Positions 13,167 to 25,100 of a stretch of DNA of 64,000 bases are shown one piece after another (position 1 is the first letter of the stretch; every line of letters begins with the position of its first letter). The position numbers were made by a program, and so were the translations under genes. Source of the stretch: Bugula neritina. Its lineage: Eukaryota; Animalia; Bryozoa. The stretch spans positions 744,001 to 808,000 of the forward strand of contig OZ037766.1 in NCBI GenBank assembly GCA_964035545.1, in the 5' to 3' direction. The notes beneath the pieces are model-generated. The model searched no databases and was not told where the DNA came from. It worked only from the letters and a program-made list of their open reading frames with translations.

Positions 13167-16100
13167 CTATACAACCTTTCCATCCTCCCCTCTTCCGTTA
13201 AATGATATGGCAAGTACAAAGGCTACAAAATTAGAATCAAAATCACTCTAAAAATATCTATTGGAATAAAATCTTGGCAGCTGCTTAAAATCGTATCAAA
13301 GCAGCTTTAGCTTTATCTAAATTGGCAAATTAGCTTTAGTAGGTGACAGTATCAGGTGACAGCAGGTAGCAAGTAGTAGGTGACAGCAGGTAGCAAGTAG
13401 TAGGTGACAGTAGGTAGCAAGTAGTAGGTGACAGCAGGTAGCAGGTGACAGCAGGTAGCAAGTAGTAGGTGACAGTAGGTAGCAGGTAGCAAGTGACAGT
13501 AGGTAGCAGGTAGAAGGTGACAGCAGGTAGCAGGTAAGACTTACAAATGGCGGATATGGTTGCACAGAATATAAAGACTCCGTATGACATGATAGTCTCC
13601 AGTAACAAGGTGCTCAGCATTGAAGCTATGATACCAGAGAATGCCTGAAACAGAGTGTCTTATTAAAGTTATTATAATAATATAGTAATGTAATAATATA
13701 GTAATATAATAATATAGTAATATAAGAATATAATAATATAATATAGCAATATAATAATGTAGTAATATAATAATATAGTAATATAATAATATAGCAATAT
13801 AATAATGTGGTAATATAGTAATATAATAATATAGTAATATAAGAATATAATATAGCAATATAATAATACAATATAGTAATATAATAATATAGTAATATAA
13901 TAATATAGTAATATAGTAATACAATAATATAATGCTGCCGGAACTCACAGAAGAGGAGAACAAGAGGCCATAATTCTCGCAGACGTATTTTGAGCCAAAC
14001 GTCCTGGAACAGGCAGTCGGGAAAAGCGAGAAGTTCCCGGAGAATGTGAGGTAGAGGAGAGAAATCCATGTGAAGAGTAAATACTTGCCGGCTGAGGCAG
14101 CAAACACGTGAGATAAATAGAGAGTGGCCATGAGCAGCACCATCAGACCACACAGAGTGATCATACACGTCTACAATAGTCAGCATCATGCAGTTATGTA
14201 ATAGAGAGAGAGGGAGAAAGCTGTAAAAGGGTGGTGAGACTTACTCTGAATGAGGTCTTGTCTGCCACAAACCCCCAGGATATCCTGCCAACTCCGTTGC
14301 AGAGAGCCGAGATGGAACCGAGGAGTGTCAGGAACTGATCATCATTGATCACCTCAGACTGGCCATAAGTTTTGTATAGAGTAGAGACGAGGATGACACA
14401 GGCATTGTTCAGGAACAGCATGAACCAGAGGGTGATGAAAGGACGGGTTTTGATCATCTGCAGTGGGTGAGTGTTGAATCCTCCTTCATCCCTACTATCG
14501 GCTTTCCGGTCTTTCTTTTCCCCTTTGGCAACCTGCTTGTTCCTGTCAGCTGGGTGGTGTTTTTTGTCAGCTAGGTGGTCTTTACTATCTACTGGGTGGT
14601 CTTTACTATCTACTGGGTGGTTGTTTTCAGTGTATCTAGTTGGTGAATAGAAACACATACACTGAAATCAAGTCTTTAAAAGCAGAATTCAATGTTTAGA
14701 TGAGGGAAAACAGCTCCTATAATTATTGTGCACATCAACTGGGAGTTTAGAATGTCATACTTAGTGCCAGCACATTCTATGTGAGGGCTACTAGCACATT
14801 CTATATGAGAGCTACTAGCACATTCTATGTGAGGGCTACTAGCAATGTAACAACATCACACAACACTGAGAAGGTACCGGTAACTGGGCTAAGTCAATAT
14901 TTGGGACATAATGTATTCTCATCCGTTTAATATAATTATAATTATAATAATAATATGCTATAATGTTACACTATGGAATATATATTATACTGCAGTATAC
15001 ACAGTAAATAGTTCAATAGAGAGAAATGATACTCATCTCAACTTTGGCTTCAGAGGAACTTACAGTTATATCCTTCTATTAGAATCATCCATCAGCTTCC
15101 TAGTGGCCAACACTAATTGCTTCAATCAACTAATTAGTTCGATTTGTCAATTTTATTAATAGGATGTCACACATGTAGACAAGTGTCACACATGCAGACA
15201 AGTGTCACACATGCAGACAAGTGTCACACATGCAGACAAGTGTCACACATGCAGACAGGTGTCACACATGCAGACAAGTGTCACACATGCAGACAGGTGT
15301 CACACATGTAGACAGGTGTCACACATGCAGACAAGTGTCACACAAGTAGACAAGTGTCACACATGCAGACAAGTGTCACACATGCAGACAGGTGTCACAC
15401 ATGTAGACAGGTGTCACAGAATGTAGACAAGTGTCACACATGTAGACAAGTGTCACACATGTAGACAGGTGTCACAGAATGTATCAAATACTCACAGAGA
15501 CTGAATAGATGACTTTTTGACGAGCAGTTCCGTGTCTTCATCAGGTTTCTTCAGGTCAACAGGAAACAACAAACTAATTCCAATAAGTTGTATCGCGAAG
15601 TAACAGCCGGCGAGTAACATGAACATGTTTGGCACTTTAACGAGAACAGATTCCTCCACAAAATACCTGCAACCAGTATTCAACAGGTGAGTGTGAACTC
15701 GAGAGAGAGAAGATCTGAGTGTGAACTCGAGAGAGAGAATATCTGAGTGTGAACTCGAGAGAGAGAAGATCTGAGTGTGAACTCGAGAGAGAGAAGATCT
15801 GAGTGTGAACTCGAGTATAAAGTAAACAACGCACTTGCTAATGGATAAAGTTCCATCTACTGGAACGCTCACGGCCTTGACATTCAAGGGGTTGAGGTAG
15901 GCTATTTGCACCTGGTCGAATATGAACGCCCCGACACCGGTACCGGCTACTATGAAACCACTGGCTACACCTTTGTGCTGTGGAAACCACTGCAACATAT
16001 ACAGGACAGTAGGAAATATAAAATTAAGCATGTAACTCTGAGAAGTGAAGCATGAAATTATTACCCAAGGAATATTATTACAATGATATACAAAGTGACA

Positions 16101-19100
16101 TGAATAAAGGCCTGGCCTCACACTCGTGAGAATCACACGGAATCGTCTATTTGACACGAAAACACAATCGTACAATCAAATCTGAGGGAATTCAAATAAA
16201 ATGGTCTTCAGTGGGTGCACCCAACGAAGACAATGGACGAAAAAGCGAAATTAACAATAAGCACTATTCGATTAGTCAATAGAATTTTAGCAACAGTAAT
16301 TATTTCATTTCTACCACGTTTCTCTGTTTGGCAATTTTCAGCTGTTTGTATTTCGTGCAAGACTCATTCAAGGACTATTTATTATGTGTTTCGTCCGACG
16401 AGTGTGTGACTGGTCATAACGAGAGGATAACTCACGAAAATCTTCACATGAGTTTCGTGTGATTCTCACTAGCATGAGGCCAGGCCTTAAAGGCTAAATA
16501 TGAAAACACAGTGCTGTAACAGAGTAGAATGGGGTCTCACCCTGATGGCCAGGCCAAGGGGTATGACATAGGTCAGCCCCATACCCAGACCAAAACACAG
16601 GCCATACGTCAGCAGCAGGAGGTAGTAGCTGACCTTCACTGTGAAGGCCGTCAGGAACACGCTGATACTAAAACACACAGTGCTGATACTAAAACACACA
16701 GTGCTGACACTAAAACACACAATGCTGACACTAAAACACACAATGCTGACACTAAAACACACAATGCTGACACTAAAACACACAATGCTGACACTAAAAC
16801 ATACAATGCTGATACTAAAACATTCAACCTATTCTTCTATGAAATACAAAAGACTAACAGTTGAGTGGCAAGTATTTCAACAAAAAAAATTATTATTTCA
16901 GAATGAGTATTAAAATATTATGGCTCGCGGCCTAAGTAGAATTAGGGCTTTGCTGCTGAAACTAGGCTATATGTTATCAATTGAGAGCTGAGTGCATGTG
17001 TACTAGTACTAGTGTGGTGGCTCGTGGAGCTACCAGCAACACAATACGCAAGGTTGCGTATTGACCCGGAACAATGTATTAGCCAATTAACTAAGCTGTT
17101 TGATAAGTAATAGTAGCCGCTTCGCGCTACTAGCTCAGTTGAGGATAGTGCTGTAAATTAAATAGACGTGCGTATCATTACTGTTGTACCTTAAATTTTA
17201 TTATGTATTCTTGTATTAAAATATAACGATATCTACTCGACTTAACACGGTGAAGTTTCTCTAGTGATAAATAGACTCTCTTGGTGACACATCAACCCTA
17301 AATCTGAAAACTATAACAGTGGTGGCAGCGGTGGGATAGTGTACATTAAAGATGGAGACTGAAAATGCTAGAATGCAACCACCCCCAGTAGAAGGTGAGC
17401 GTAGAAATGCTGTTAATCCTGTAAATCGTGAGGCAGAAGAAGCTTATAGACATTGCTTGAAAGCTCCCACCTTTACTGGGTCGGAAGATGTCGAACAATT
17501 TATACAAGAATTTAGAGAGGTAATGGAGGTTGCTCAATGGCCGCATAGAGTGGCCCTCATTCAATTGCGGAGAGCGGTGACGGAGCAAGCCAAGCCGTAC
17601 GGAGTGGGAACGGACGTGGACGGCATACTGGCTGCGCTGCGGGCCCGTTTTGGCACCTCCGTCATAGACGCTAGGACCAAGCTGGAGAGATTGTGCCGCA
17701 CCCCGCGGACCTCGCTGCAGGAACATGCCGCGACGGTGAAGAAGCTGGCGCAGATTGCATATAGCGATCTGCCAGCACAACACCAAGAGCGTTACACCTA
17801 TGACGCCTTTGTCCAGTCCCTAAACGACCTGGGCCTAGACCATCACCTACGAGCTAAAGGGATAACCAGAATAGAGGATGCCCTGAAGGCTGGAGAAGCT
17901 TACCTGTTGGCTACCCAAATGCATCAGGCACAAAGGAACCCCCCAGTAGTCGGAGTCAGCGCTGCCAGGGCTACGACAGGCTCCGAAGCCCTCCCGCTGG
18001 AAGCCGAAGTGGACCGCATGGTAGAGATGCTGGGACAATTGGTAACCATTCTGGCCAGTGCTGGCCCCGGTCAGGCATTACGGATGCCCCCAACGTCTGT
18101 GGGACAGGGCTGGAGTAGCGCTGATCAGGACCAGGGACCGAAAGGACGACCCCAATACCAGGGGGCGTTAAACTGTCACGGCCCGCGGACACACTCCCTC
18201 CCCGCGGGCCGCAACTAAAGGAGTATGGTGGGAAACGCCGTCGCCTGTCCGTACGGACACGACGGAACGCTCCACCCGAGTGGCAGGTACCACGCAGGAC
18301 TAGTAGGCCCGCACAACGGCCAAGTACCTTCTCCCTGCCACTCACTAACCGGTTTCACCGGTTACCTCGGGAAGAGGAGCCCGCCACTGAAATGGAGCCA
18401 GAAGGCCCAGTGGAGAGGCCCGAACCCCGCCGGCACCAACCTCGCCGCCGGAAGCCCCGTAAACCACGGGTGAAACCCCCGCCGTCCTGTCAACCCAGGA
18501 CAACACATGCGGGGGGGGTGAAAGTACAACCACATGGAGAGAGCTATTTCCTACCCGGAAAGGTGGCCGGCAATGCCGTCACTTTCCTGCTCGACTCCGG
18601 TTGTACTACCAACCTTCTCAGTCGTAGAGTCTTTGAGGCACTGCCCCGCCGGGACAGGGATAGAGTACGACCGTATACTGGAGAACATGGCACCCTGGCA
18701 GACGGGTCATGTATCCCCTTTTATGGTATTATCGAGCTCCCTGGGCGTGTCCGAGATCAGGCTGTACAGGAGACCTTTATCATAGGTCAACTGGAGGAAG
18801 ATGCTATCCTCGGCATGCCCTTCTTGAAGCAACACCAATGCCGAATCGACTTTAGTAAGTCGGTGGTGCTGATGGGCGGGCGAGAACTCGCCTGTGTGGA
18901 TAAGTTTGGGCGTCCTCTGGTGGGCGGTGTTCAGGTAGTTCGGAACTGCACCGTACCCGGACGCTCCAGAGCTACTATCCACTGCCGAGTGAACAGCAAC
19001 CGGATAGCCAGGCTCGGGGTCGTTGAAGGCGCGCACGAAAGGATCCAACTCGCCAGTAGTTTAAACCGACTAACTGAGCGAGGGGAGGTCTTAGTGCAGT

Positions 19101-22100
19101 GTGTCAACCCCTTTACTGAGCCCATTGAGCTCCCAGCTGGGTCAATGCTGGGCCGGTTCCACTCCGTCCAGGAAGAGGACGTGGGCCCGTCGCTGGGTGA
19201 CGCGACGGAGGCACCCCCTCGACACCCTATTCAGGGACGAGGGGCAGTCCCAACACATCTCCGGGAGTTATATGAAACAGCCAGTGGCGGCTGCGCGAGT
19301 AACAGAGAACGCCAAGCTATGGCTAAGTTACTACGCGACTACGGCGATGTGTTCAGCAGCGGAGAGCATGACGTGGGGCTGACTGGAATTGTCAGACACG
19401 AAATACCGCTGACTGCAGGGACAGCTCCTGTCCGGCAGCCCACACGCAGGCTGGGGCCGGAGAAAGAGAAGGAGGTTAGCCGACAAGTACGGGATCTTCT
19501 GGACCGGGGACTGATAGAGCCCGCCCATAGTGCGTGGAGCTCGCCAGTCGTACTGGTCCGGAAGAAAGACGGCAGTTGGCGGTTCTGTGTGGACTACCGC
19601 AAACTCAATAGCGTAACCATACAGGACGCCTACCCTCTACCTCGTATTGACGAGTCATTGGACGCCCTAGCCGGCAGCAAGTACTTCAGTACGTTAGACT
19701 TGCTAAGCGGCTATTGGCAGGTTCCTCTGAGTCCCGACGCCCAAGAGAAAGCGGCGTTTATCACACGGGACGGTTTGTGGAAGTGGAAGGTGCTGCCCTT
19801 CGGGCTAACCTCCGCCCCAGCCACCTTCCAGAGGCTGATGGAACAAGTCCTTAGCGGACTCCATTGGAAGACACTGCTGGTCTACCTCGATGATGTCATC
19901 GTAATCTCTCCAGACTTCGAGACACATGTCAGTCGTCTGCAGGAGGTTTTCGAGAGACTCCGAGGTGCCGGTCTCAAGCTCAAACCTTCCAAATGCGCTC
20001 TATTGCAGCCGGAGGTCAAGTACCTGGGGCACGTTGTCGGTCGAAACGGCGTGGCAACGGATCCCGAAAAGGTACGGGCGGTAGAAGACTGGGTCACCCC
20101 CCAAGACTTGACCGGACTCCGGGCTTTCTTGGGGCTGGTAGGGTATTACAGGCAATACATACCAGACTTTGCGGGCATAGCCCAGCCGTTAAACCGGCTC
20201 ACCGCAAAGGGAGTGACGTGGCAGTGGACCCCAGTCGAACAAGAAGCGTTCGACCGCCTCAAGGGTTGCCTACTAACGGCGCCCATCTTGGCCTACCCAG
20301 ACCCCACTCTGGAGTACATCCTAGACACGGACGCCAGTGACCAGAATGTTGGCGCCGTGCTGTCACAAGTGCAGGAAGGCCGAGAAGTAGTAGTAGCCTA
20401 CTACAGCAAGTCTCTCTCTCCCGCTGAACGAAATTACTGCACTACCCGCAAGGAGCTGCTGGCAGTAATCAAGTCAGTGAAGCACTTCAGACCATACCTA
20501 TATGGCAGGAAGTTCCGGCTGCGTACGGATCATGCCTCGCTGATCTGGTTGTGCAAGAGAGCAGAGCCCTCTAGTCAGGTCGCCCGGTGGCTCGAAATCC
20601 TAGCTGAATTCTCATACCGGATCGAACATCGACCGGGCAAGAGACACAGCAATGCGGATGGGTTGAGTCGCCGACCTGACGGAGGTTGCAAACAGTGTCT
20701 CAACATCGAGAGGAGGGATGGAGGTCCCCCGCGATGCGAGTTGGAGACGCTGGCTCATCACGGAGCACCGTTTGACTGGGATCAAGGTCAACTCAGGCAG
20801 AGAGTTGATGAGTCCCCGGAGGATGTGCAAAACCTCCGCGCCAACCCTGTACTGGCCGGTAATGTTCGAGAGCTGAAGAAGCTCCAAGAAGAACTGCCTG
20901 GAGTCGTGGCAGACATATACCGGGCCAAACGGGAAGGGCGACGACCCAGCGAGGAACGCATAAGACAGGGATGCGCCGAGTTCCGGCTATACTGTCAGCG
21001 TTGGGACTCGCTGCGGATCGGGCAGGATGGGTTGCTAACCATCTCTCTAGCTGCCAGCGGCAGACACCCGGAAAGGAAGAGGGTAGTCTGCCCCACAGCC
21101 ATCCGCCGTGAGTTGATTTGGGATACTCACAAGCAGGCCCACGCAGGGGTCAAGCGAGTGATATCCAAATTACGACTCCGGTGGTATTGGCCGCAGATGG
21201 AGCGTGACGTCCGGCTCAGAGTCAAACAGTGTGAGATCTGCCAGGCCAGTAAGCATAGCCGCCCCCCTGGTGAAGCAGGACGGCGGAGGCTATATGCTGG
21301 CAGGCCCTGGCAAGTAGTCGCTGTAGACCTGGTCGGACCCATGCCCCTGACCCCCAGAGGCAATAATTGGATCCTAGTACTAACCGACCACTTTACTAGG
21401 TGGGCGGATGCTCTGGCCATCCCAGATGCATCAGCCCCAACAGTGGCCAGGGCACTAGACCAACATGTATTCTGTTATTTTGGGCTTCCCGAACAGATAC
21501 ACTCTGATCAAGGCGCTCAATTCCAGTCTCAACTGATGAGCGACCTTTGTCACCTCTGGGGAGTAAATCAGAGCAGGACCACCCCCTACCACCCTCAAGG
21601 TAATGGGGTGGTGGAGCGCAACAACCGAATGCTAGGTGATGCGCTCCGGAGTCTCCTCCTTGGACGAGGTCAAGAGGAATGGGATACGGTGTTGCCACAG
21701 GTCATGCGGGCATACCGTAGCACCCCACACACCAGTACTGGTGAGACCCCAAACCTCTTGATGCTCGGGAGAGAGACTCGTGTCCCTGACCATCTCACCT
21801 ATCACGTTCCCGAGCAAGACAACTCGGTTCACGAGTATGCCAGTGAACTAGTGGAACGGATGAAGGCCGCACACGATATACTGCGTCAACAGCAGTGGAA
21901 GGTGCGGCACGAAGATTCCGATGAACCCCCGCTCTATCAAAGGGGAGATAAGGTGTGGATGGTCAATTACCGTAGGCGCCGCGGACAGGCTGATAAGCTG
22001 AAGCCTAAGTTCGTAGGCCCCTACGTGGTCGTCGAGGCTATGCCCAATCATACGTACAAGATTGAGCGCTCAGGACAGGTGTCTATCCAGAATGAGTCTC

Positions 22101-25100
22101 GCTTGAAACCGTATTGGGCTAGCCCTGACGGAGTGGGAGAAGCCCCCCCGTTGTTAGAGCCCAGGAGGCAGACAACGACGCGCGGGCGACGGCGGCGTGG
22201 ACCTGAATACGAAGTGGTCATACCGCGGGAGGAAAACTTGGTGAGAGAGGAGCGGCAGCTTTTGTCAACAGAAGCGTGTCCGCCGCCGCCAAGTCTAATT
22301 CCATCACTTCCAGAAACCGAGCCGGTTCCGGAAGTGCAAACCCCCACGGAGGGAGGGGCTCCATCCGGAGAACAAGAAGAGGTGACCACTAACGGTGAAG
22401 TAGAGACGCCATTAGAGGCTCCTACTAACGAACCGGCAAGCGTGTCATCCAGAGAACAAGAAGAGGTGACCACTAACGGTGAAGTAGAGACGCCATTAGA
22501 GGCCCCTACTAACGAACCGGCAAGCGTGTCACCCCCCCTAGAAAGGGGACAGCGTACGAGGAAGCCCCCACCGTATTTGAAAGACTTCATATGTGACTGC
22601 ATTAGAAGCGGCGCACATGAAAGTCTAGGGGAAAACCGTACGATGAAATGTTGGAGTTGTGAACCCCACGCAAATATCAACTTTTGCGAGGGCGGAATAG
22701 TGGGAGGAATTAATGCGCGTAAAGCAAATAGTTCCGACCTCGTGCCTCAGAAACGATGCTCAGCCTTTTCTTATGCTGACATCGCCAAAGGCAGACGTAT
22801 CCCACAACCAGCTCCAACCTTACCAAGAACGTTGAGTATGGACATTAATACCGAGTTCTCAGGTAAGCCAGTATAAGTCTTGTATTCCTATTCATGGAAA
22901 CGGGCTCGATGCCAGTAAATTCTGAACTAATTCAGCAGATTGAATCAGAATTACTGGGAACCACGTTTCATGTGAATGACGATGAAGACACTGTAATGGC
23001 CGACGGTCTTTTAGACCTGGAGCTAGACACTGTTCTTGGTCAGTCCACACATGATTCATCAGTTCCTCGAGTGCATTCCAAAAGCTGTGACTCTCAGGCT
23101 AGCAACGGTCGACAGTCACTAGAATTATGTTGTAAAGATCCACCGCGATCTAACAATAATTCTACTTTTGTAGACACACTCGCGCCCGTCTCTACGGGCA
23201 TGCCTTCTCTAGAGATGGCGTGGGACCCAGAGCCGGCCCCAACAACTCCTACCACCAGGCAACTGCCACCTCAGTTGGAAGCAACCTCCAACTGGATTAC
23301 CCCTGCCACAGAGAGGGAAATCAGGACCCATCAAGGAGGTGAGAGTAATCGTGAATGCAACCTCTGCCAGCAGCGATTCACAACCCACCGCAGACTAAAG
23401 GTGCACTTGCCGCAGCATTACATCACCACTTTCTGCCCTTGCGGCGAATATAGCTATAACCGTGATTATCTGCTGCGGCACCAACGTACTATGCAGTGCT
23501 ATCAAGGACATGTCTATGAAGTAGACGAATCATCCTATCCTGCCTTTCTCAACGCCATTAAACCACTCATCACTGACTCAGCTCGGCTATCTCGCCTGGA
23601 GCAAGGCTTCCCTTCCCCGCGACCTATCACCTCTGGAGCTACAGATAAACCTACCCAGTCTGCTAACTCTCCACCTCACAGTCCTATACGCATGCCGCAT
23701 ACCTTTCCTCGTGTCGTACTACAGAGAGTAGACACAAATGCGTACACACTCCCTCCTCCTATTCCATCCTCAGAGCGGAAACGACACAGGCAACCAACTT
23801 CCTCTCGCTCGTCCCCCTGGGCCCGTAACCTACGTGAGGTAGAAGCTAGGGCGCATGACTTGGAGCAAGAAGTCTACAGGCTGGCCCCACGAATACAAGC
23901 AGCCTCCAGTGAACTCAAATACTTACAGGAGTCGATTAAACGCATGAAGCGTGCGGCCCGCAATTAACTCGAGTCTACCTACCACTCCCTACTACTCATT
24001 CCCCTACCTCTCTGTGGCATTCCCTACCGTAATGGTGGCACGTACTCTATATGTAGATAGGACCTTCTCTTGCTTATTACTTAGTGCACGATATATATAC
24101 CTGTATATTTTTTTTACCAGTTGTTGTTTTTTTTTTATATATATTATATACTTTTATATTGTTCTCTTACCCCCCAACGAAGTATACGTTTTTTTTTGTG
24201 AATCTTATTTTATCAGAAAGTGGGCTTTCTGCTGGAGGGGGCAGTGTGGTGGCTCGTGGAGCTACCAGCAACACAATACGCAAGGTTGCGTATTGACCCG
24301 GAACAATGTATTAGCCAATTAACTAAGCTGTTTGATAAGTAATAGTAGCCGCTTCGCGCTACTAGCTCAGTTGAGGATAGTGCTGTAAATTAAATAGACG
24401 TGCGTATCATTACTGTTGTACCTTAAATTTTATTATGTATTCTTGTATTAAAATATAACGATATCTACTCGACTTAACACGGTGAAGTTTCTCTAGTGAT
24501 AAATAGACTCTCTTGGTGACACATCAACCCTAAATCTGAAAACTATAACACTAGCATATGCTATCAGTCTCAAAAAGCACAGTGAAGACACGGTAAGCAG
24601 CTAAGGACTAGAAAGACACCAGCTGCATGAGGATGGCTTCGTATCAATCGATAAGAATAATAAATTACTAACTCATCCTCAACTCTCTCTATAAAATGGC
24701 ATAATTAGGTAACATAAATCAATTATAATCACTATTTCACACCAGCCATGGGAATATTACAATACCTCAATTCACAGTATAATATTAGGCAATAGTACTA
24801 TAGACTAAATACAGCCCAGTAGGATATTCAGATACATCTTTATACTCTGTATACTCTACTCTGTATATTCTGTATATTCTACTCTGTATATTCTACTCTG
24901 TATACTCTACTCTGTATACCCTACTCTGTATACTCTACTCTCTATACTCTCTACTCTGTATACTCTGTATACTCTACTCTGTACACTCTACTCTGTATAT
25001 TCTACTCTGTATACTCTACTCTGTATACTCTGTATACTCTGTATACTCTACTCTGTATACTCTGTATACTCTACTCTGTATACTATACTCTGTATACTAT

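Larger units (their letters stand above)
17013..24550 (+). mobile_element. Intact Ty3/gypsy LTR retrotransposon, copy A (7538 bp)
   Basis: 306-bp TG...CA LTRs at 17013-17318 and 24245-24550, 4-bp TSD CTAG, PBS, PPT, gag, pol (PR-RT-RH-IN order) and ORF3. Confidence 0.98.

Noticed and set aside
13626-14189. Tyr/Ile-rich membrane-protein-like ORFs
   Set aside because: Read-through into an AT-rich intronic repeat
17320-17337. tRNA gene
   Set aside because: Only the 18-nt complement of a tRNA 3' end (PBS); no cloverleaf
17346-22680. Antisense and alternate-frame ORFs within gag/pol (and their mirrors in copy B)
   Set aside because: Expected shadows of GC-rich coding sequence; no motifs
22894-23967. 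env gene
   Set aside because: No signal peptide, transmembrane helix or fusion-protein features; zinc fingers instead
23951-24322. Hydrophobic ORF4 / TM protein of the retrotransposon
   Set aside because: GTG start, derived from the T-rich 3' UTR, runs through the PPT into the LTR, and no counterpart recognised in element C
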